The notes beneath the pieces are model-generated. The model searched no databases, was not told where the DNA came from, and saw nothing but the letters and a program-made list of their open reading frames with translations. The position numbers were made by a program, and so were the translations under genes. Below are positions 33,198 through 45,610 of a DNA stretch of 64,000 nucleotides, in pieces. This DNA is from Tubulanus polymorphus. Lineage: Eukaryota; Animalia; Nemertea. The first letter of the stretch is position 1; each line of letters starts with the position of its first letter. The DNA lies in contig NC_134033.1 in the NCBI RefSeq assembly GCF_964204645.1, positions 12,098,655 to 12,162,654 on the forward strand, given 5' to 3'.

Positions 33198-35617
33198 ATT
33201 GATTGGGAAAGGTGGTTGGTTGGATTTTCCCCCGTAGGTTTTGTGGCCCCCACCAGGAAACTTTGAGGCAAAAGAATCACCGAAAGAATGCATTATCCTG
33301 GTGTTTGTCAGTCAGAACCGAGTTTTCCATCAGAACGACATTTTTGTTCACTTCAAAAGTGGGAAGCTATACCGGTGACTACGAAATTAAAGCTGATAAT
33401 ATTTCGTGTATATCCGTGTGTAGGGTGGCCACATATCTGCAAATCAGGCAAAAAATCAGGGAATTTTCATTCCTTTAAAAAGCCAATTAATTTTCTAACA
33501 AAGCTTATCAGGGAAATGTCAGGGAAATATGTTGAGATATATGTTGAAATATGATTTGAAAGGTTTGGTGGCCATTTGGCCCTCATTAGTCACTTTCGTT
33601 CCCCGGTAACCCGGGAATAGATGAAATAATTTCAAAGTATTTCATTTATATATACACGCTAAGTGGGTTCGTTAGAATCGAGGTTCATCCCTGTAGGTTC
33701 CGTCCGCTCTAGTTACTTTTCGTTTATTATCAAGAAAGGTGCGTGTTTTGACGAGTGTCCATTCCAGTGAACTCGCTGTAAAACCGTCCCCACAGAGCTG
33801 TTCATGACGAGGGTCCGCTTCAGGGGTTCGTTTTAGACGGGTTTCCGTCCTAATAGGATTATCATGACACACGTATAATGTAAATAATCTCAAATATGAC
33901 AACCGTTGCAAACCATGACATCATACGTAAAAGATATTTGTTACTGTTGCTTTATATTTTCTATTCATTTATGTACTCATTGCAATTTTGAACTTACCAG
34001 ATTTGAAGAAAAAGCTGTTTGTAAGCACTTGTGTTATCACACGTCCACATGACCTTTAATATCTTTAACACAGCTTGTTCGTTTTTATATCAGGAATAGA
34101 ATATATAGAATGCACGGACATTACTCGGATTATTCACGTATTACGTCATATTGGCCGTTAATGGCAGGACTAGCTTGTGACTTTACTTTCGATAAGCGTT
34201 TGGCACTAGATATCCAGTATGACGTGTAATACCTGTGGATATAAATAAATGCTGGATCCGTCCAGTGTGCTATAAACGATGATCAAATATATTTTCTTGA
34301 TTGTAAACGAATCCTTTGTTAATTCGGTCATTTATTTAAGGCCACGCAAAAATACCCTTGTTTTGTCTGGACATTAGAATGGAAACATTTTCGACGTCAG
34401 ATGACGGCAAACAATGGCACTTTACGTCAAACCTATTGTTTTCAACTCATGGATTGAGGGGCATGGACAAAGCTCGTTGGTGTTCAAGAAACCTTATCAA
34501 AACTTAATTTCAGCTGCATCTATCTAGCTTTTAAATCGATTTCCGAGCCACTTTTAAATTATAGAACTCTGCTCAGCGAATGTTATCAGTTTCCCAGAAC
34601 CTTGGCATCTTAATCAACGCTTAGTTAAGTGAGGCCTATCCACGATTCACCATGAACCGTAGTGTCTGATGTACCACAGTTGGTATCGTAGAGCAACGTA
34701 GATCTCTGTGGGGCAACAACCACTGTCATGGCTGGGTGAAATCCACGAATGCTGTGAAGAATTTTTTACTGACAACTTGCAAGTCCTCAAAAAGGAGCAA
34801 TTTCTGTAAAAAGTGGCTTAAACAATTTTCTTCCAAAAAGTAACGCTGAGTAGCACTGAGTAGACTCGTCGCTACAAACCAGTAAAGAGAAAACTATGTT
34901 TTCTTAAGAAAATGACGAGATTTTATTCAAATTCAGGAGCGGAACCTCAAGTACACAATCAATACGTGCATCGGACGCAAAAACACGAATTCTTTTTAAA
35001 AATACAATTAATCGAAAACTGACCAAAACACAAGACAACTTGAAATACATGTTTGATTTACTGAACCCATATGAGGCCAACATGCGCAACGAAAACGCAT
35101 TGCGATCGAATTGGGGAAAACCCCAATATTGTTCAATATTCACCATCCCAACATATACATACACATTAACGTATGACCTTGGAGTAATTATTGAATGATT
35201 ACTAAGGTAGGACGGTGTTTCCATTCATGGCTGACATTTCAACATAGTATAGGACAATATAGAATGTCGTGGTGCTACGTATTGACTGTTAGCGGTTTTT
35301 CAAGCAAATATTACGTCAAAAAACGCTTTTGAACACTGTGTGCTGTCTGATGTAATGCATAGATTAGACAGGAAACTACAGACAATTAAAAATCTAAAAT
35401 TCAACAACACCAAACTTCCCTAACATATTGGTAATAATCCTTAGTTTGAATACCGTTACATAGCTTTAGTAGCTGTCAATATCATTCACACAAAAAAATC
35501 ATATCACATGCAATTAAAGTAAATTAAGTGGTTAGGTCTGAAATCTCTTTGACCAAACGTATAAAGATTACTGACTGTAATGTAAGTTCATTCTATTAAT
35601 TATTAGTTATCTAATTC

Positions 35618-35716
35618 GTTTGACCGTAGAGAAGTTCACTGTAACTGGTTTGACCGTAGAGAAGTTCACTGTAACTGGTTTGATCGTAGAGAAGTTCACT
35701 GTAACTGGTTTGACCA
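35618..35716. repeat. 30-bp tandem repeat, about 3 copies
   Basis: TGACCGTAGAGAAGTTCACTGTAACTGGTT. Confidence 0.9.
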
Positions 35717-36735
35717 TGGACTAGGTATCTTATCTCTATGTACATCCGCTTACAATTAGAACAATTAAGGAGATGTCTACTACAACAGGTTCCTTCCTAT
35801 ATAAGAATTCTTTTTACATGGACACTTACATTCTTTTCTGAACTGGTTTATAACACTGGCAATTTGGTATATATATTATCAGAAACATCATTAAAAAAAT
35901 CTGTTTTATATTTCTTTGATAATAAATTGGACGGAGCTGATTATTGGACAGCGTTAATGGAACTTATACTCTGAAACTTTAAAACTGTTCATAGGAAAAA
36001 ATAGATACAAAAATTATAAAATAAATCTTTCTTTCTTACACTACTACGTGTATATTGGATGGAAAATCATTATTTCAATTAATCGATGTTACACATTACT
36101 AGAGATGGAATATAAAATAAGTGAAATAATCTAGAGGCCCTGCGCACCTTTAATAAGGGCCAGTTCTTAAGAGGATATACCCAAAATTTAGTGATTTTCA
36201 AACCACCTCCCCATGTATCTATGTAGACAAGGAGGCCAACTATTGACCACATGTCCTATGGATCCAGGGTTTGTATTACGGCATTCTTTGCGCATGAAGA
36301 CACAATAAGGCTGAAATAAAATGACACCTTGTTTCCCTTTTTCGGCCGGGTTACTTTTGTGAACTGCAATAATCAGTTCATTTCTATAGCTGCTGGGCCT
36401 GTTATGGTGAGCTTGATCATCATTAACAAAAAAAAAAGAAGCAATGTACAGGGTAGAAAGGCCGCTGGCTGGGTCAGCGCAGTAGAGTTTTTAAAGTTTT
36501 AGCGCAGTAGAAATGAGAAACACGGTGTCAATTTGTTTTTAGCCTGGACCGCAATAAAATTTGTCAGTAGAAACGTCCCGCGATGAGTCAAAAAAATAAG
36601 CACCTTTCCAGCACTTTCAGGACATTCTCAATTCAAGCAGTGTTTGTCTAGATTTTAACAGCTGTCTATAAACTATCGAATCAGTTCTAGATATCGAGAT
36701 GTCAATGATTGTAGATTTATCGTATGATATACAAA

Positions 36736-36767
<32 letters not shown>

Positions 36768-36965
36768 ACACATACCACAAGCACGCAGAGCAAACAAAAA
36801 TATTCAAACAAAATAGCAGCTGAAATTCAATTCAATACGGATGAGTCAACATTGATGGATGGATTGAATGCATGGAAAAAAATTTGATAGTTCACGCTGG
36901 TAGAGTTCTGGCCGTGGTCACGCCGAGGAAGTTGAACGATCGGCTTTAGAACCAAAATGAACTTA

Positions 36966-37263
36966 AGCCGCGATCACACGGATCTTGGCCAGTGCCTAAT
37001 TAGAGAGCGCGTTCACACGCAAACCATTCACTCGATACTAAACAATGCTCAAACAAAGCGAAGTGGATCATTTCCGGTGCCAGTTGCAATTCAATCGCAA
37101 TCATTTGTCTGGTGCTAAAATTTGGCTAGGGCCTGGTCCGATGTTTTTCTTCGGGCCAAACAGGCTCGGGGCCCATTTGGCACCCGTGTGAACAGTTGTT
37201 CCCAGCCAAATTTGGCACGGGCCAAATTTGGCCCGAGCCCAAAATGCTCGTGTGATCGCGGCT
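36966..37263. mobile_element. PIF/Harbinger-like MITE
   Basis: TTA|AGCCGCGATCACACG ... CGTGTGATCGCGGCT|TTA (15-bp TIR, 3-bp TWA TSD); related fragment near 14250-14290. Confidence 0.7.
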
Positions 37264-37351
37264 TTAGACTGGTCGTAATTTGTGAGATCATTTATATGTA
37301 GTAGAATCAAGTTAATCCCTCCATAATTTTGATCCTTGACTATACAACTGG

Positions 37352-37612
37352 TTCCTGGTTGATGATGCTGGTTGATGATGCTGGTTGACTGTAGACAGTC
37401 CTGGTTGATGATGCTGGTTGATGATGCTGGTTGGTTGCAGACAGTCCTGGTTGATGATGCTGGTTGACTGCAGACAGTCCTGGTTGATGATGCGCTGGAC
37501 GACTGTAGACAGTCCTGGTTGATGATGTTGGTTGGCTGCGACATTCCTGGTTGATGATGTTGGTTGACTGCAGACAGTCCTGGTTGATGATGTTGGAGAC
37601 TGTAGCCAGTCC
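37352..37612. repeat. About 33-bp minisatellite in the DAW1 3' region
   Basis: CTGGTTGATGATGCTGGTTGACTGCAGACAGTC units with 13-bp sub-repeats. Confidence 0.85.
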
Positions 37613-37644
37613 CAGTTGAATTTAAAATCTAACATGTATTGACA

Positions 37645-40600
37645 TTATCTCCAAATTCTACAAGTGTTGTCTTTACTTCCTATGAATAAGAAAATACAAC
37701 GAAATATATGCAGAAAATGTAAAAATATCATCGCGAACAAGCAGTATTTTCTATTTGTTCATTTCTATTTACCCGTTATGATTGTGGTGCCTTCATAATT
37801 GAAAGAGCAGCTGAATATCTCGTCTGTGTGACCCTGTAGTATGTGTAAACATTCACCGGTCTCGTAATTCCATAACCTCGCCGTCTTATCAGCGCTCGCT
37901 GTTAAAACCATCGTTCCTTGAGGGTTGAAGGCGATCTGTTTCGAGTATAAAATGATCCTCGATTAAAAGAAGGGTTTAACTTCAGAATACATGAGACAGA
38001 TTAAACGTGATTGATTACGCATTAATTTTCAAGATGTTGTTATTGATGTGTCAGTTTCAACGCTATATCAGTAGCCACTATGAGATATCTCATAGTTCCA
38101 GTGCTATAACAGAAGCCACTGTGAGATATCTAATAGTTCCAGTGCTATTACAGAAGCCACTTTGAGATATCTCATAGTTTCAGTGCTATAACAGAAGCCA
38201 CTGTGAGATATCTCATAGTTCCAGTGCTATAACAGAAGCCACTGTGAGATATCTAATAGTTCCAGTGCTATTACAGAAGCCACTGTGAGATATCTCATAG
38301 TTCCAGTGCTATAACAGAAGCCACTGTGAGATATCTAATAGTTCCAGTGCTATAACAGAAGCCACTGTGAGATATCTAATAGTTCCAGTGCTATAACAGA
38401 AGCCACTGTGAGATATCTAATAGTTCCAGTACTATAACAGAAGCCACTGTGAGATATCTAATAGTTCCAGTGCTATAACAGAAGCCACTGTGAGATATCT
38501 AATAGTTCCAGTGCTATAACAGAAGCCACTGTGAGATATCTCATAGTTTCAGTGCTATAACAGAAGCCACTGTGAGATATCTAATAGTTCCAGTGCTATA
38601 CCAGTAGCTAATATGACATATCTCATAGTTCCAGTACTATACCAGTATCCACTAAGAGATATCTCATAGTTCCAATGCTATATCAGAAGCTTCGTAACTG
38701 TACCTTCGAGATTTCTCCTTCGTGTCCTTCCATTTTGGAGATACATTTATGCGTAGTTGCGTCGTAGCACCGCGCCGTCGAATCTGCCGAGGCCGTCAGT
38801 AAATATTTGCCCGTATAGTCGAACGTAACGTCGAGAACTTCGTCGTCGTGACCATGAAGCGTTCCGACGCATCGACCTGCGAAAACAATTCCTCATTAAT
38901 TAGCCCTTCCAGATTTAGGGGGTGGTCTCAGGGATCCGGACCCCTCACTTCCCAATCCGGGTTGCCCCTTTCGTCAAGACAGATATTGTAGAAACCTACA
39001 AATCTGACACTCATCCACTCGAAAATTGCATCTTTTAGAATGGATTTTACTCTGGCGTGGCTGCTATACTGAGAAATACCTTTTCTTTTCTTCTGGACCA
39101 AAGCTTCCAATTTTTCTAGATCCACTCCTCCTCCTGGGCCCAGTTTCACGAAAAATGTTTTACTCTCAAATCCGTTTAATTTCTTCATTAATCCAGTTTA
39201 TCTTAAATCGATTTTGGCCTAAATGCATTTTTGTGAAACTCGGCCCCGTTCAACCAACTGTAAGCCGGGATAACACGATAACACACGACGTTACGACACT
39301 TACCGTCCTTCGGATCCCAGAGTCGACAAGTTTTATCCATCGAACCGGTGGCGATCAGCGAACTATCCCAGTTGAACTGCGCGCTACTGATTTCGGCTTT
39401 ATGTCCGATCAGGGTATGAACGATACTGAAACAAAAAATACCGATCGCGATAAGATAATTCACACGATGTTAGGCGGTAAAAAGGAGAATGGCGGTTTAT
39501 CACCGGTTAATTTGTATCAAATTTCAAGATAAAATACCAATGATTTGTTCCCAGAAAAGGTCTGGCATTAGGCAGGGGTGGCAGTTTATCGGGGGTTTTC
39601 TGCATTTCTGAAAATGAGCGTATTTTCAACAACATTTCAGGGAGAGAATTTCATTGCCGGTTTACTGAGCTGAACTTACGTCTGTGTCGCGACGTCCCAC
39701 AAACAGACCGTATTGTCGAACGATCCTGTAATCATTTGATTTCCCGTGGTGTTGAACGCTAGAGATATGATTTCCGCTGAATGACCCTGAAATAACGCAT
39801 GAATAAGAGTGAGCACCAGGCAGAGATATTTGCTCGACTAACCCAGGTTCCCTACAGATCAGTCATTCCTGGATATACAGAGTCCCTACAGATCAGTCAT
39901 TCCTGAATATACAGGATTCCTACAGATCAGTCATTCCTGGATATACAGGGTTCCTACAGATTAGTCATTCCTGGATATACAGAGTCCCTACAGATCAGTC
40001 ATTCCTGGATATACAGTGTCCCTACAGATCAGTCATTCCTGGATATACAGAATCCCTACAGATCAGTCATTCCTGAATATACAGAATCCCTACAGATCAG
40101 TCATTCCTGGATATAAGGAGACTTCACTTATAAGAGAAAATTTATAAGAGAAAATTTATAATTTTAATGGTCTGCGTTACATTCATATCCCAATAGACTC
40201 CTAAATCGGTACTGTTTATTCTCGTTCAGTGGTTTTGTTTAAGCATACTTTTATCCTTAAGACAACCTTATGTCAGTTTATAATTTGGTAACCGCCTAAT
40301 TGAGTAAAAACACATCCCAGCCACCCGTAGCGATTTAGGCGTAGTTTATTGTACAACTACAAACTAGACAAACATTTCTAATCGTCTATATTTCTCAAAA
40401 TAGAAAGAGTTTCAGGCATATTGCTCAAATCAAAGGAGTTATGAGCATTTTCAAGCATTTTCAGTTGGGGAGAATCAAGGAATCAAGGAGTCATAGAGAA
40501 CCTGTAACCTAACAATTGAACAAAATACTGATATACATCATTTTTTTTCTAAATTTGTCGTTGAAGAAACTTACACTCAAAGTACAAACTTCAAGACCAG

Positions 40601-43600
40601 TTTGGACGTTCCACAGTTTCGCCGTGGTATCCATACTCCCAGTCGCTACCATCGTGCTCTGCGGGTTAAAACTCAAACACACCTGTGAATTAGAATCATA
40701 CGAACATCTTACACCGCATCAACGTGTCTACCCCACGGTGCGCACCTATTAACACACCGCATTTAACCCTGCAGTGCAGTGTATATTATACATTCCATCG
40801 CGGCGTAAATCTGATATACATATCCTAATCATTTATACACCGTACATGGATTGGAACTCGAAGGCTTCGCGACCACAGCACGAGCCCCTTCCTGATTAGC
40901 CAATCAGATTCAGGTAATTCTATTCATGGCTATCCATGAATTTGCGTCAACAAAAAAAAAAAAAAAAAAACCACGGGCAATCTGGCACCGCATATTTTGT
41001 GCGGCTAAGGTATGAAAATAGCCACGCGCTTGGAGCAAACAGGCAAGGGTTCATGCAATTGCAGAATCGATGTCATCAGGTTCAAATCCCTGCTGAGGCT
41101 GAAAGCCGTTAAAATTTGTGGTGCATTCATAAATGTTTTAACCGAGGCCAGTCATATCGACATTAATCCCCGGGAAGTCACTTGTGGGCCAGGAGAACTA
41201 AGTCAAACTAACAACGCGTCTAGAATTATGAACTTAAACTGTTTGTCGTAAACTAAACTTACTATTTCAGCCGTATGTCCCCTGAACGTATGGTAAAGTT
41301 TACCCGTTTCAGCGCTCCACAGTTTACAAGTCTTATCGAACGATCCGGTCGCTATTTTATCCCTACGAAGAAAACGGGAATTTTTCGTGAAGAACGCGAA
41401 AAACTTACAGCGACAAAATCATGTCACTACTCGGCTGTGAAGTGAATGGGAAGAAGTGGCTTCACAACTAATATTTGATTCAACTTTATTTGGCTGTTTT
41501 CTTTATTCTTTATTGCTCAAAATTGTCCATAATTTTTCGAGCACAAAAACAAGAGTAATATACATGGGAATAAAAGTTTACATACTTCTGCACAATATTT
41601 TAATATTAACTGCAAGTTTTCTGAACACATTTCTATCATTTGTATTGAGTAATTTACTAAATTTGCGGAAAAATTTCGGGTATATACACATTTCGCAATT
41701 ACAAAAAGTTAGCCTGTCCTATATCATGTAAAAAGCATCAATTTGCTGCCTTGACCTCTACTCCCCCAGACATTTAATACTTCAACCCTTTCTGTGCTGA
41801 CAATTTCATACCCTAAAAATAGTAACAGCATTTTGAAAATCAGCTCACTTCGATTAAGTAATCTTTAAGACTTCACATTAAGATACCAGTAGTAAATGCC
41901 TGGGTGCTCTTCCAGGCTGCGGATTGATACTTGTGAATTGGTCCTCGTTCTGTACGTACCCGTAAGGATTGTTAAATGCAATTGCGTAAACGACATTTCG
42001 ATGACCCTCGAGCGTGTGTAACTCCTCGCCCGACGCCGTATCCCATATTTTACACGTTCGATCGTAACTTCCCGTGATAAAACTACAATGAAAACGATCA
42101 ATAAAATTATCCGATCCAGAGCATAATCTACCTCTTTGTTGAAAAATGAAGACTTAACATCACAATGTGATCCTAACCTACTATGATGAAGGATTCACTT
42201 CGGTGGTTAATGGAGCATCCACAAGGTTTGCTACTAAACCGTTAAGTAACTTAGTCTTCCACACATTTCAATTTCACTTACATTCCTATCACGTATGGGG
42301 ACCAAAAATCTGGTATTCGATTCTTTGGGGCAAGAGTGAGGATTCGTCAGGTTTGCAAGTAATTACTTGGCCTTTTTTCGTTTCAATATCTTCTACATTT
42401 CAATGGGATTGCTAACGATCAAAAGGATTCGACTTGTGCCAAGTGAGGACGCCCCAGTTTGCTAGTAATTACTAGGTTATCCGCGCTGCTATTTCTGGCA
42501 GTTCTTTCAATCACAATGAATGAAAATAATTAATCCTCAAGGGCTCGATCCTAAACCTTATAATTGTTTGTACGATTTTTTGTATTCGTTTACCTGGATC
42601 CGGATTTGTTAAAAGCCACATTGGTCAGCGGAAGTATATGCGCTCGGAGCACTTTGAACAGATAGAAATGGTGATGATCTCTGGTTTGTTCGAGCTTCTC
42701 TTGAAGACCTGTTTCTATCAGTTAAAGAAATTCCGGTACGGCGACATTCTGTGGAGGACTCGGCTACACAGTTCTCAATCGAAATATTACCCCAATACCA
42801 TATTTGAAAAATGCCGGGTTAACTCAGGGACTACTTTCACAGTTTCAATTGGTAATTTTTGTCTTTTCAGAATTAAATCATTCCATTTTCAATAGTTGAC
42901 TGTAGAGTAACATTATTTCAAAGGAGAATCGTGCATTGGGCCCTACATAACAAGCCTAATACAAAGCCTGCTAGATGTACTACATGTACTAGGCCTACCA
43001 TATTCAGCTTTGACCTTTTGTGACCATGTTAACCCAGCAAATGTGGTTTCACAGTTCCACCGGAAATGAAATTAAATCAATACTTGCTTTTCAGTAAGCA
43101 TGCAAGAGATGGGGATAGGTGAATCCAGCCTGCCAAAATTACGAAATTGCCTCTCTTCGTTCAAAATTTTTTTGAAAATAAGAAGCAATTTCACAACTTC
43201 TTGCATTTTTGGGACGAAAGTTTTGCTTCTGCTGAGCACTTTGAACACCCAACGACCAACATTTACGTTGTTCCACTTTCATGGGAAGTTGCACTTTCAT
43301 GAAAATTGTACCTCCATGAAGGGTTGAAGACATGGCTGGCTACGGGCCTGGAATGCCAAGGACACGTTAAGTTTAGTACTAAAGGATACGTATGATTAGT
43401 TTTCGAACTTGTTCGGCTTTTGATTGTGTTATGAGCGGTTCTTTATTGGTGATTTCATCAACGACGGCATCTACGTCAGTCCTGGAAAGAAAGATAAAAA
43501 AATTGAAAAAAAAAAACAAAACAAACAATGAACACTACGCTCCCATCTTTACCGGCCCCAGGTTTGATACTTGAATAACGTTCACATGGTGGTAGACAAA

Positions 43601-44918
43601 CCCCCTGACAAGATTCACCCAAGATTTTACTAGTTAAATTCATACCAATTTCGGGGACCAGATTTTATTCGATTCCACGGACAGACAGAATTCAAAATAA
43701 TGATACGCCTATTTAATTAGAAATAGACTCAGACTGACTGCATACATTGCACAACTAAATCCCCATTAACATTGTACCCAGGTTTCATTCAGCAAGATCG
43801 ACCATCAATGAAGCGACAATGGGTGTCTAATGGAAGCCCAAAAACCAAATTGATATTTTTTTTTAACACGCAAGGGCATTATCAGTGGGTTCGATATTTC
43901 TTTTTCCCACTGGGGGAGAAACCTTCGACCAAGAAACTCCGTCTCCAACAGGGTTTGAACCCATAAACCCTGGATTGACGAGACCAGTGGCTTAAACCAC
44001 TCGGCCACTGCACCACCTTTCCAAATTCAAATTGACATTAGAAATAGACTCAATCAGAATGACTGTAGGCTATACTCACTCCGGTTTTAGATCGAGTAAA
44101 TCGATAGATTTCGTTTTCAGGCATCCTTTTGTTTCGTATTCCAGAATAATTCCTACAAAAAATTTAAAAATGATTCACAGGTATCCAGTCCCCGGTTGCA
44201 CAGTTCTGGACAGAAAAAATTTAATAATGATTCACAGGTCAGTCCCCGGGTTGCACAGTTCTGGATCAAGATTTGACTGATCAAAAATGAACTAATCTTA
44301 ACTTTTACACCGCAACAATGAAACTAGATCCTGAATATCAGATGCCCCTTTGGCACAGGGGTAAGCACATCTATCAAAGCCCAAATTACACGACAAAGTT
44401 TCCAACATGCTAGGCCTAGTTTGGTCTCACTTAATTTCTAGTGTCAGCAATTTTGACAGTAGGTCTGAACTACAGCGACCGCACTCAATCCCGACCCATG
44501 GTGGACCATTCCGGACTGTCTGTCTATAGTTCCGACTTAACTCCTGACATTGGCGACATTATCAATACGGTCGAAACTTCTCAATAACATTCTGCCCAGG
44601 CCCAGGCAGTGCTGTTCTTTTATCGAGCAAGGAATGGTCAGATTCTGACCCAATCATGGAGAGCCCAAGAGCCCTATCGCCAAAAAAAGAAGTCGAAGAA
44701 TGGTCAAGCGAGTACTGACATGTCCTGGTCGCCATGACGACGCGTGTAAACACCTTTAACTAGCGGCGATTTTCAGTTTCTTTCATCGAAACCATCGCAA
44801 AAATTATCATAATTTTTCATCACATGAAACATGACCGAATCTCTCATGTACCATCGTAAAATATTCACGCGCACATACCTGGGGGATAGTAGCGTAAAAG
44901 AAAGCGCTTCAATTTCAT
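37645..44918 (-). CDS. DAW1: Dynein assembly factor with WD repeats 1 (WDR69/ODA16); 12 exons approx. 44918-44879, 44152-44080, 43481-43390, 42708-42594, 42082-41960, 41362-41263, 40682-40575, 39786-39679, 39426-39304, 38877-38704, 37936-37772, 37679-37645
   Basis: Spliced translation [19 protein letters not shown]...[10 protein letters not shown]...[79 protein letters not shown]...[11 protein letters not shown] matches DAW1 end to end. Confidence 0.95.
38068..38690. repeat. 41-bp intronic minisatellite, about 15 copies
   Basis: AGAAGCCACTGTGAGATATCT(A/C)ATAGTTCCAGTGCTATAAC. Confidence 0.95.
39850..40114. repeat. 34-bp intronic minisatellite, about 8 copies
   Basis: CTACAGATCAGTCATTCCTGGATATACAGAGTCC. 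Confidence 0.95.
43880..44016 (-). mobile_element. tRNA-derived SINE
   Basis: Minus strand GGTGCAGTGGCCGAGTGGTTTAAG (A box) ... GGGTTCAAACCC (B box), followed by a non-tRNA body. Confidence 0.55.
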
Positions 44919-45610
44919 TTCGCCGACCGACTCGATCAGAGCAATAATGGCCGCCCTCGCGTGCCAGTGTAGGAGGCGCGCCGGCGTAAATTCAAATGGC
45001 GGTTGGCTCCGAGAAATCCATACCGGGCCGAGTGCTACAGAAGGCACTCGTTCCATGCTTGGGAATTCCTTTTTAAATATCTAAAAATCTGTTTCCACAA
45101 CAATGAATTCTATGTAAACTTCTACTTTTCACTTGCAAAACTGACTGTTTTTGCTCCGGCGGTGACTGGTGCGCGCACAGATTTGATCCTGAGCCGCTTT
45201 TCTGTATCACAATTCTCCCCGTCGAATTTGGAGATGATCCTAAAGACCAACACATAACGATCCAGGGAAACACAGAAACTAAGTTTCCGAGCTTTTTCCT
45301 GTTTTAAGGACAGATTGAGAAACATTTAATAGTACTTAGTGGTTAGTTTCACAACTACGTCGTATGTGTTGAGCTTGTAACACTGAGTCGTTCACCGATA
45401 AGACACGAAAATTGAATGGCACCTGAAGTCACGTTCTGCGCAAGATTGATATTTATTTCCAATTATTGAAATGCGGCCGTTGAAAGAAAAATGATAACAC
45501 TAACCCGATCGTGAATGCAAAAGTAAACAGATAATTTAGAAATGCGGAGTCTATGCCTTTCCACTAAATAAGATAATCATAAATGTGACAAATTTATCTG
45601 ATCTGCTGAT

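Noticed and set aside
37101-37635. ORFs of 147 and 107 aa with repeated peptides
   Set aside because: Translations of a minisatellite and a MITE downstream of the DAW1 stop.
7432-44016. Genuine tRNA genes at about 7432, 10910 and 43950
   Set aside because: A/B boxes are present but no convincing cloverleaf could be folded; treated as SINE heads.
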